The translations under genes and the position numbers were made by a program. Below the pieces are notes generated by a model. The model searched no databases, was not told the DNA's origin, and saw only the letters and a list, made by a program, of their open reading frames with translations. Below, piece by piece: positions 5,430 to 12,270 of a stretch of DNA of 12,306 bases. The stretch comes from a virus. Each line of letters begins with the position of its first letter. Positions within the stretch are counted from its first letter, which is position 1. The stretch is taken from IMG/VR virus record IMGVR_UViG_3300029240_000049; one strand, given 5' to 3'.

Positions 5430-5506
5430 GGTAGTGGCAGCGGCCATGCACAGCCCCGGAAGGGCGGCCATGCGCGGGTGCAGCGCACGAGCTGCCATTA
5501 CCACCA
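5430..5506 (+). ncRNA. GC-rich structured RNA element at the predicted 5' end of the P2 transcript (5' stabiliser, regulatory leader or candidate pRNA-like RNA)
   Basis: A 12-bp helix pairs 5430-5441 (GGTAGTGGCAGC) with 5491-5502 (GCTGCCATTACC), with one G-U. It encloses two predicted hairpins: GGCC/GGCC plus GCCC(5453-5456)/GGGC(5462-5465), and TGCGC(5471-5475)/GCGCA(5483-5487). There is a 10-nt direct repeat GCGGCCATGC at 5440-5449 and 5464-5473. The element is followed by ACCA. Folding was done by eye only. Confidence 0.4.
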
Positions 5507-5532
5507 GACCTATTTTATAAGGAGGATATATT

Positions 5533-5730
5533 ATGGACACTAACGCAATCATTCAGTTGGTCAGTACCCTGGGGTTTCCTATCGTCTGCTGCGGTGCGCT
5601 GTTCTGGCGCATGGTCAAGTCCGACGAGCAGCACAAGACAGAAATGGACAAGTTTTCGGAGGCCCTGAATAACAACACTGTTGTTATGACACGTCTATGC
5701 GAAAGGATGGGCGATGATGGCCACATCTAA
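5533..5730 (+). CDS. Holin, BhlA/UviB-like (65 aa)
   Basis: RBS AAGGAGG 7 nt upstream. A single N-terminal TM (IIQLVSTLGFPIVCCGALFW) is followed by a charged coiled C-terminus (KSDEQHKTEMDKFSEAL), the BhlA/UviB pattern as I recall it. Lies immediately upstream of, and overlaps, the endolysin gene. Confidence 0.75.
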   Translation: MDTNAIIQLVSTLGFPIVCCGALFWRMVKSDEQHKTEMDKFSEALNNNTVVMTRLCERMGDDGHI

Positions 5731-6376
5731 AAAAATTAAGATCGCCCTCAGCCCGTCCGATCAGTACAGAAACTTGTACGCATACGGGGACACCAACGAG
5801 GGCTACCAGATGCACTGTGTAGCGGATAAGCTGGTGGAGCATCTTCTGCGCTGCGGTGTGGATGTTGTGTATCTGCCCAGCGGCTATCTGTCAGATCGTG
5901 TCAGGAAAGCAAATATGGCACATGTAGACGGCTATATTGCTCTCCACACCAACGCTTTTGACGGGTCTGTACAGGGAATCCGGGTGCATTGTTACCCGTC
6001 CGACAAAAGCCGGAAATTTGGAAAGTGCATCATGGCCGCACTTGATACGGTGTATGATGGGTCTACCAAATCTAAAATCGTGGAAACTGACAGCCTGTAC
6101 GAGCTCAAATACCCGTTTGCACCGGCAATTCTGCCGGAAATTGGTTTTCATGACAACATTGACGATGCCGAATGGATTGTCAACCACGTTGACCAGATCG
6201 CCGAAGCGCTGGCAAAGGGCATCTGCGAGCACTTCAAAATGCCGTATGTTGCACATGTAACAATCATGTATCACGTGCAGGTCGGGGCATTTGAGAAGCT
6301 GGAAAACGCGGAAAAAATGCTGGCGACTGTGAAACAGGACTACCCGAATGCTTTTATTAAGGAGGTGAGAACATGA
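5714..6376 (+). CDS. Endolysin: N-acetylmuramoyl-L-alanine amidase (Amidase_3-like) with a short C-terminal SPOR-like module
   Basis: YIALHTNAF...GIRVHCY and AILPEIGFHDN motifs are typical of Amidase_3 / PlyPSA-CwlC-type amidases. The C-terminal YHVQVGAFEKLENAEKMLATVKQDYPNAFIKEV is SPOR-like. It overlaps the holin by 17 nt; the start at 5714 or 5717 is ambiguous. Confidence 0.85.
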   Translation: MMATSKKIKIALSPSDQYRNLYAYGDTNEGYQMHCVADKLVEHLLRCGVDVVYLPSGYLSDRVRKANMAHVDGYIALHTNAFDGSVQGIRVHCYPSDKSRKFGKCIMAALDTVYDGSTKSKIVETDSLYELKYPFAPAILPEIGFHDNIDDAEWIVNHVDQIAEALAKGICEHFKMPYVAHVTIMYHVQVGAFEKLENAEKMLATVKQDYPNAFIKEVRT

Positions 6377-6747
6377 CATACAAGGACATTTTGGCGCTTG
6401 CTCATGCCGGTTATAGCGCCGACCAAATCGGACAGCTGGCTATGCTGGAGCAGATGCCCGCGCCTGCTACACCTGCGACACCTGCCGCGTCTGCCGCGCC
6501 TGCTGCACCTGCTGCACCTGCGACACCTGCCGCGCCTGCTGCACCTGCGACACCTGCTGCACCTGCGACACCTGCTGCACCCGCTGCCCCGTTTGACTAT
6601 CAAGCTATGATGGGTGAGCTGCTGGGTATTAAAAATGCAATCCAGACCGGCAATGTGCAGACCAGCCAGCAGCCGAAGCAGCCTATGACGGCAGATCAGA
6701 TTTTGGCAAATATCATCGCCCCGAAACCTATTAAAAAGGAGGAATAA
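6373..6747 (+). CDS. Candidate scaffolding protein with a central Pro/Ala/Thr low-complexity linker (124 aa)
   Basis: ATGA overlap with the endolysin stop. Lies directly upstream of the major capsid gene, the position of phi29 gp7. Small, with helical-looking N- and C-terminal ends. The function is inferred from position. Confidence 0.5.
   Translation: MTYKDILALAHAGYSADQIGQLAMLEQMPAPATPATPAASAAPAAPAAPATPAAPAAPATPAAPATPAAPAAPFDYQAMMGELLGIKNAIQTGNVQTSQQPKQPMTADQILANIIAPKPIKKEE
6457..6591. repeat. Imperfect tandem repeats encoding a 45-residue (P/A/T/S) tract
   Basis: Reiterated CCTGC(T/C)GC(A/G)CCTGCGACA-like units translate to PAPATPATPAASAAPAAPAAPATPAAPAAPATPAAPATPAAPAAP. Confidence 0.9.
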
Positions 6748-6749
6748 CA

Positions 6750-7979
6750 ATGGCAACTGTAAATGACATGGTGATAAATCAGGCCGGTACAATCCTGACG
6801 AGCCTTGTAAAGCAGGCGACCGGCCAGACGGTTATTACGCCCACTAACTCCACGGAATTTGTCAGTGTGGCGACCACGGCACTAAAAACGGGCGTTGATC
6901 CTATCATCAACGCACTGTCCCAGATGTGGGGCAGAACCATTTTTTCCCAGCGGCCCTATACCAGTCGTTTCAAAGGTCTGGAAATGGATATGCAGCGCTG
7001 GGGTAATGCTACCCGGAAAATGTCCGTGGCTGATAAGCCGGTGGAGGATGACGCACGCTTTACGTGGCCTGTGGGCTACAACGCAGATCAGACCCCCGCC
7101 AGCGGTGACGGTAAGAGCGTGGATATGTACACCCTGAATAAGCCCGATGTTTTGCAGACCAATTTCTACGGTCAATCCGTGTACGAAAACAGCTATACGA
7201 TCTTCCGCGACAACCTCGATACTGCGTTTACCGGCCCGGAGGAGTTCATGCGCTTTGTCTCGATGGTGGGTCAGAATCGCGCCGACAAGCTGGTACAGTA
7301 TCGGGAAACCGTGGGGCGCGGTCTGCTGGCCAACTATGTCGGTTCGCTGCTGGCCGAAGCACAGGAAAGCCGCATTGTACATTTGCTGACGGAGTATAAC
7401 GCCCTGACCAATCAGCAGTTGACCGCGCAGACCGTATACATGCCGGACAACTTTACACCTTTTATGCGCTGGGTGTATGCCCGTATCCGCAGTCTGATGG
7501 AGCTTATGCGCGAGCGATCCCAGATGTTCCAGACGGTTATCAACGCAAAGCCTGTCATGCGTCATACCCCGCCGGATCGTCTCAAGCTGTACATGTACGC
7601 GCCTGCCATGGAGATGGTCAAAGCTATGGTGGCGTCTGAAACGTTCCATGATGACCTGATCCGATACACTGACTATGAATCTGTCACGTTCTGGCAGTCC
7701 ATCGAGAAGCCAGACAGTATTTCCGTCAATCCCGTCTATACCGGCACGGACGGAACGGTAAAGACAAAGGTAGGAGACGGAAGCAGCGCAGGCATTGAGC
7801 AGGCCGGTATTTTCGGCATCATGTTCGATGAGGATGCGCTGGGTTATGCGCAGGTCAACGCGTGGAACCAGCTCACACCGTTCAACGCAAAGGGCGGCTA
7901 CTGGAACGACTTCGATCATGTCAATTTCCGCACTATGCAGGACATGACGGAAAAGGGCCTTATTTTGCTGCTGGATTAA
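6750..7979 (+). CDS. Major capsid protein, phi29 gp8-like (HK97-fold family)
   Basis: Strong RBS AAAAAGGAGG. LDTAFTGPEEFMRFVSMV and YWNDFDHVNFRTM resemble, from memory, phi29 gp8 LKTAFVSWGNFESFVSSI and YWNYYYHVWQTL. Size (409 aa) and position fit. There is strong codon bias. Confidence 0.85.
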   Translation: MATVNDMVINQAGTILTSLVKQATGQTVITPTNSTEFVSVATTALKTGVDPIINALSQMWGRTIFSQRPYTSRFKGLEMDMQRWGNATRKMSVADKPVEDDARFTWPVGYNADQTPASGDGKSVDMYTLNKPDVLQTNFYGQSVYENSYTIFRDNLDTAFTGPEEFMRFVSMVGQNRADKLVQYRETVGRGLLANYVGSLLAEAQESRIVHLLTEYNALTNQQLTAQTVYMPDNFTPFMRWVYARIRSLMELMRERSQMFQTVINAKPVMRHTPPDRLKLYMYAPAMEMVKAMVASETFHDDLIRYTDYESVTFWQSIEKPDSISVNPVYTGTDGTVKTKVGDGSSAGIEQAGIFGIMFDEDALGYAQVNAWNQLTPFNAKGGYWNDFDHVNFRTMQDMTEKGLILLLD

Positions 7980-7995
7980 GAAAGGCGGTGTAATC

Positions 7996-9399
7996 GTGGC
8001 TTTTCCGGTCGAACTGTGGAAAATCTCTAAAAAAACCAACAGCACAATGATTCCCGAAAAAGCTGCTGATGCTGTGTACCAGTGCGTTTCCAACGATACA
8101 TTAGATGTCCTCGCCCCGGTATTACCTCTTAATATCGGGGCGGGGACGTACCCCGCACAATACAACTATGCGCATATAGCAGCTTTTGACCGCTATTATT
8201 TTATCACCAACTGGACGTTTCAAAATGGCCTGTGGTACGCTGTCATGACCATTGACGTATTGGCCAGTTGGAAAGCGGAAATCGGAGCGCAAACGCTTTA
8301 TGTGGAGCGCAGCGCGTCCGATTTTACCGGCACAATACCGGACATGACCTATAACAGGACTGCTGACTTTACGGTGACGAAAATCCCGTTTACACTGGCA
8401 AACGCAGATCAGTCAACGTGGAAAATTACAGGCAGTGCAGCCAGCGGTAGCTATGTGGTTGGAATTGTTGGGCAAGGTGGCATAATCAACTATTGGGGAT
8501 TTACGTATGCACAATACCAAGATTTGATGGCGACAGTTTTTAACTATAACTACGGATTCCAAGACGAGCAGCTTAAAGCAAGTTTTAATCCAATACAATA
8601 TTTCACCACCATAATGTGGTTCCCTTTTTCTGTGGCTCAATCCGGAACGGTGGAGGTGGAAATGGGATGGTGGACGATTACCGGCAGCAGCGGATATAAG
8701 CTGGGTAGCAATACATATGTCAGTTATGGCGCGTCCGTCAATCTGCCGAAACACCCACAGCAAGCCCGTGGAAAATGGCTGAATGCTGTGGATACCGCAC
8801 ATTACACTTTACGTCTGCCTTGCTTTGGCATGCTGGATATTCAGGGGTACGACATGATTGACGCAACATCAATCAATATCGAAGTCAACGTTGACCTGCC
8901 AACCGGCAAAGCGACTTGTCTAATCACCCCAAATTCCGCAGGCACGGCAACGCAAGTTGTAGACTATCAGGTAGGCGTATCAATGCCTATTGCACAGTTA
9001 CAGTCCAATATTTTGGGCATGGGTGCAAATACCCTCCGCAGCGCTGGCGGTTTTGGCGCTATGCTGGGTGATGCGCTTGTAGGGGCTGTGCAGGGTGTCA
9101 GCGGTATTCTGGGCGGTATTCCTAAACTGGGTAATATTTCTTTCGGTGATAAAGTTTCAACGTCCGGCGGGCTGGGTGGCCTGAATGATTGCACAATCAG
9201 CGGTATGCTGATTGCCGCATTCCAGATGATTGCGGACGAGGATTTACCAGACCGGGGCAGACCGTATTGTAAGCGTGTGCAGCTTGATAGTCTGGCGGGG
9301 TTTATGATGATCTCTGACCCCGATATTGATATCCCTTGCACCAGCACGGAAACCGCCCAGATTCAAAATCATATGCGTTCCGGGTTTTTCTATGAATAG
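7996..9399 (+). CDS. Tail knob / distal tail tube protein, phi29 gp9-like
   Basis: N-terminal YNYAHIAAFDRYYFITNWTFQNGLWYAVMTIDVLASWKAEI resembles, from memory, phi29 gp9 YSASYIMFQNADYGNKWFYAFVT...EIDVLQTW. A Gly-rich hydrophobic loop lies at 9016-9183. GTG start at 7996 (the exact start is uncertain). Confidence 0.75.
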   Translation: MAFPVELWKISKKTNSTMIPEKAADAVYQCVSNDTLDVLAPVLPLNIGAGTYPAQYNYAHIAAFDRYYFITNWTFQNGLWYAVMTIDVLASWKAEIGAQTLYVERSASDFTGTIPDMTYNRTADFTVTKIPFTLANADQSTWKITGSAASGSYVVGIVGQGGIINYWGFTYAQYQDLMATVFNYNYGFQDEQLKASFNPIQYFTTIMWFPFSVAQSGTVEVEMGWWTITGSSGYKLGSNTYVSYGASVNLPKHPQQARGKWLNAVDTAHYTLRLPCFGMLDIQGYDMIDATSINIEVNVDLPTGKATCLITPNSAGTATQVVDYQVGVSMPIAQLQSNILGMGANTLRSAGGFGAMLGDALVGAVQGVSGILGGIPKLGNISFGDKVSTSGGLGGLNDCTISGMLIAAFQMIADEDLPDRGRPYCKRVQLDSLAGFMMISDPDIDIPCTSTETAQIQNHMRSGFFYE

Positions 9400-9413
9400 G
9401 AGGTGTAAGCAAA

Positions 9414-10328
9414 ATGAAACCGCCGTTTTCCTATGACGAACAGAACATTTTGGCAAGTCATAATTCACCTGGCACCGTGCACAGCCAAAACACAAATCTT
9501 GTGTACTACTACAAGCGTTATCTGCTGCAAAAAGCTATGTCGGTGTTCGAATGGCGACTGCCGGAGACATGGAGCAGGGATTACTTTCTGTATGTGTTGT
9601 ACTGCTGGGGCAACATTGCGGTTATCAACACGGACAAATATGGTGTGATTCCGCAGGGCGGTACGCTGTCCGGCTATGATATCTACTACCAGCCCACCCA
9701 TATACAGATCAGCAATCCGCTGTTGTCTGGTAATCTCTCGCCCCGTATCGGTGTTGACTGTACACTGTTCAAGTTGCAGCCTGACTATGGCGGGATCCTC
9801 GATCTGGTGGGCGACTATGCGGAATTGATGGCGATTGTGTCAGAGACTATCTCCATCAACCTTTTTAACAGTAAGATGTCGTATGTGTTCGCCGCCAGTA
9901 ATAAGACAGCAGCGGAAAGCCTGAAAAAGCTATATGACCAGATTGGGGCAGGCAATCCCGCAGCGGTCATTGACAAAAATCTGTTTAACGATGATGGCAG
10001 TCCGGCATGGCAGGCGTTTTTCCAAAATATCGGGCAAAACTACATTGTAGACAAACTGCTATCCGATATGCGGAAAATCGAATCTATGTTTGATACTCAT
10101 ATCGGGATTCCCAACGCCAACACCGACAAACGGGAACGACTGGTTACAGACGAGGTCAACGCAAACAATGTTGAAACGTACAGTAAATGCTCTTTGTGGT
10201 TGGAATCTTTGCAAGAATCGTGCCGAAAAGCAAACACCATGTTTGGGCTTGATCTGTCGGTTGACTGGCGAAAAATCCCCACAATTCCCGGAGGAGGTGC
10301 AGCCGATGCGAGCGACAATGTCAATTAA
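9414..10328 (+). CDS. Portal / upper collar connector protein, phi29 gp10-like
   Basis: 304 aa (gp10 is about 309 aa). VFEWRLPETW and GIPNANTDKRERLVTDEVNANNVETYSKCSLWLESLQESCRKANTMFGLDLSVDWR closely parallel, from memory, gp10 LFEWENLPPT and [56 protein letters not shown]. Confidence 0.9.
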   Translation: MKPPFSYDEQNILASHNSPGTVHSQNTNLVYYYKRYLLQKAMSVFEWRLPETWSRDYFLYVLYCWGNIAVINTDKYGVIPQGGTLSGYDIYYQPTHIQISNPLLSGNLSPRIGVDCTLFKLQPDYGGILDLVGDYAELMAIVSETISINLFNSKMSYVFAASNKTAAESLKKLYDQIGAGNPAAVIDKNLFNDDGSPAWQAFFQNIGQNYIVDKLLSDMRKIESMFDTHIGIPNANTDKRERLVTDEVNANNVETYSKCSLWLESLQESCRKANTMFGLDLSVDWRKIPTIPGGGAADASDNVN

Positions 10329-10836
10329 AGGCCTGTATGACTACGACCATTCACTGTTTAACGGTATGTCGTGGCCGTCAGGAGTTACAGAAGACGACGT
10401 ATTGCCGGAAATGATGTTAGAACTTGCAGAACTGGAACTACTGTATCCGGCAGCGGAAACCATGAAAAACGCTATCACGGCATGGTCTAAAAGCAGGGTT
10501 TCCGCGTGGAATCGAATCGCCGCGGCACTGAATGCGGAATACAGCCCCATTGAAAACTATGACAGATACGAGGACTGGAACGACAAGGCCACCAGTGAAG
10601 GCGGCTACCTGAATAAAGTTGCCGGTTTTAACGTGGCGGATCAGATGCAGGATCAATCGTCAAGCGAACAATCTACCAACAGCGGCAGCGAGCACAGCGG
10701 TCATATCCACGGCAATATTGGCGTGACAATGGCCCAACAAATGATTAGTGCAGAATTAGATTTGCGCGCTAAAAATGATATGGTGCATATCATTATCAGC
10801 GAGTTTAAGCAGCGGTTTTGTCTGATGGTATATTAA
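10306..10836 (+). CDS. Candidate lower collar / head-tail adaptor protein (176 aa)
   Basis: Start placed at ATG 10306 (GGAGGAGG at 10291-10298, 7-nt spacing), not the ORF-track start at 10090. It overlaps the portal stop by 23 nt. The position after the portal matches the collar genes of phi29-type phages. The conserved-looking C-terminus is HGNIGVTMAQQMISAELDLR. The function is positional inference. Confidence 0.45.
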   Translation: MRATMSIKGLYDYDHSLFNGMSWPSGVTEDDVLPEMMLELAELELLYPAAETMKNAITAWSKSRVSAWNRIAAALNAEYSPIENYDRYEDWNDKATSEGGYLNKVAGFNVADQMQDQSSSEQSTNSGSEHSGHIHGNIGVTMAQQMISAELDLRAKNDMVHIIISEFKQRFCLMVY

Positions 10837-10850
10837 AAGGAGGTTTAATT

Positions 10851-12143
10851 ATGGCATTTAATCAATTCCCATACAGCAATTTTCACGAACTTAACCTTGA
10901 CTGGCTGCTTAACAAGGTTAAGGAAATTGCAGCTGGCATGAATGATCTGGAAACGGCGTTTAAGGCGTTGAAAGAATGGGTGGACAACTATTTCGAACAG
11001 CACGAAGTTGCGGCCACTGTTACCGATATTTTGACAAAATGGCGGGATGACGGTACACTTAAACGCGCGTTGTATGTGCCATTCAAGGCCAGTTGCTACG
11101 GATGGTTGGGCTTTATGTATGGCACAAACATTGCCAAAAATGACGAAATTTTGAACATGGCAAGTACGCGCTATTGTGCGCTGACCGCTGACAACGTGCA
11201 TAAATTTTCCACCGCTGAATTTTATTACAGCGACCGTTTCACCTTTCCCGTGGACATGCCCATAGACCGGGCTATCATTGTAGCAAATACCGATTCACGA
11301 TTTTTTAGCGTGTATAGCTGCAACTATGATACAACACACGTATCACTGGTGCTTGGTACACCCATCAACTACACGTATCCCCTTAACGTTTCCGCCCGTA
11401 TTATGGTCAATGCCCGCAGGGCACACCCCGCCAAATCCCCGAAAAATGGTATCGTAGACGGGGCGACCGGTAATCGCGGTGCGTTGGACTGTGCATTAAG
11501 TTTTCTCCATGCGCGGGAAAGTGGACGAAAATTTGCATATGGCTTAAATTTCATGTATACCACCAGCAATAAACTTAATAACGGTGATGGTGCCGGATTG
11601 GTGGAATGCGACAACATTGCTATGTTTGCCATATTGGGCATTGACTACGACCATTCACCCTACACCAATGACACAGCCGATGCCACTTTTAACTTTGACG
11701 ACCTGGTGGTCAATCCCAAATCCCTGTATCCGTGGACGTCGGTGACCAAAGCGCTGGTAAAACAATCGGCTGGTGCCTGGACTAACGGACTTAATCAGCG
11801 CATCACCAACACAAGCACACTGGGTTGGTGGTGGTGGGACAACAAACAGGTTTTCAGCGACATCACACAGCTGCATGATGGTGACATCGCTATTTTCCGC
11901 AGACCTCCCGCGCAGTCGTCAGAGGGTGTGTATGACACTTCCGGTTTTGACAATATCGGGCATGTCGGAGTGGTTGGTTTGGAAACTGACGGCACACCGT
12001 ATATCATCCATGCGACCATCGAAGAATGGACAGACGGTAATGTGATCGTTAAAACCCCTCTGTCAGATTTTTACAATTTGGCCCCTCTGCGTTATCGCCC
12101 AGAGGACACGTATTTTGCACGCATTGACTTTAGTGCGACGTGA
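10851..12143 (+). CDS. Tail fibre / receptor-binding protein with a C-terminal papain-like (NlpC/P60- or CHAP-type) cell-wall hydrolase module
   Basis: Start placed at ATG 10851 (AAAGGAGG 8 nt upstream). The N-terminal FPYSNFHELNLDWLLNKVKE is a motif I associate with N-terminal anchors of Firmicute phage tail fibres. The C-terminal half has ECDNIAMFAILGI (DCSG.V......GI-like nucleophile context) and GDIAIFR...GHVGVV...YIIHAT (His region). Confidence 0.6.
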   Translation: MAFNQFPYSNFHELNLDWLLNKVKEIAAGMNDLETAFKALKEWVDNYFEQHEVAATVTDILTKWRDDGTLKRALYVPFKASCYGWLGFMYGTNIAKNDEILNMASTRYCALTADNVHKFSTAEFYYSDRFTFPVDMPIDRAIIVANTDSRFFSVYSCNYDTTHVSLVLGTPINYTYPLNVSARIMVNARRAHPAKSPKNGIVDGATGNRGALDCALSFLHARESGRKFAYGLNFMYTTSNKLNNGDGAGLVECDNIAMFAILGIDYDHSPYTNDTADATFNFDDLVVNPKSLYPWTSVTKALVKQSAGAWTNGLNQRITNTSTLGWWWWDNKQVFSDITQLHDGDIAIFRRPPAQSSEGVYDTSGFDNIGHVGVVGLETDGTPYIIHATIEEWTDGNVIVKTPLSDFYNLAPLRYRPEDTYFARIDFSAT

Positions 12144-12187
12144 TTGTCCGCGTAGCTTTAGCACGGTAAAGTGAATAGTGTGTTTCG

Positions 12188-12222
12188 GTGGTGGACATGT
12201 GACAACGTTACGTGTCCACCAC
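12188..12222. repeat. Near-palindromic hairpin at the inner edge of ITR-R
   Basis: GTGGTGGACA (12188-12197) pairs perfectly with TGTCCACCAC (12213-12222). The pairing is extendable to about 16 bp with two G-T/G-U positions around a 3-nt loop (12204-12206). The 5' arm is an extra, oppositely oriented GGTGGACA motif unique to the right end. It lies 45 nt after the last stop codon, with no U-tract. Confidence 0.8.
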
Positions 12223-12270
12223 TCACGTACACATGGTGTCCACCGTTCACGCACACATGGTGTCCACCGT
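12211..12270. repeat. Mirror-image tandem 24-bp repeats inside ITR-R
   Basis: GTGTCCACC (reverse complement of the GGTGGACAC core) lies at 12212-12220, 12236-12244 and 12260-12268, again 24 bp apart. The innermost copy is slightly diverged. Confidence 0.93.

Noticed and set aside
5430-5506. Possible tRNA: ~74 nt, a 7-bp acceptor-like stem, followed by ACCA
   Set aside because: The would-be T arm has a 6-nt loop without TTC. No D arm with conserved G18/G19 can be drawn. The anticodon-like loop lacks U33. I keep it as a structured RNA, and at most tRNA-like.
6340-6792. 150-aa minus-strand ORF with RCSRCRRC repeats, and the 70-aa + strand ORF at 6398-6610
   Set aside because: These are alternative-frame readings of the Pro/Ala repeat DNA. 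The repeat keeps several frames open. Only the 6373 frame has an ATGA-coupled start and continues into non-repetitive sequence on both sides.
6882-8165. 427-aa ORF on the minus strand, the longest minus-strand ORF in the track
   Set aside because: It is exactly codon-aligned antisense to the capsid gene and stays open only because that gene avoids TTA/CTA/TCA. It ends at the first in-frame CTA (6882-6884). It has no RBS, an Arg/His/Cys-rich nonsense-like composition, and the + strand gene has strong RBS and homology support.
11031-11059. Promoter-like TTGACA-17 nt-TACACT inside the fibre gene
   Set aside because: It lies in the middle of a coding region, no downstream start needs it, and the -10 is only a 4/6 match. 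It is most likely chance. TSS mapping could revive it.
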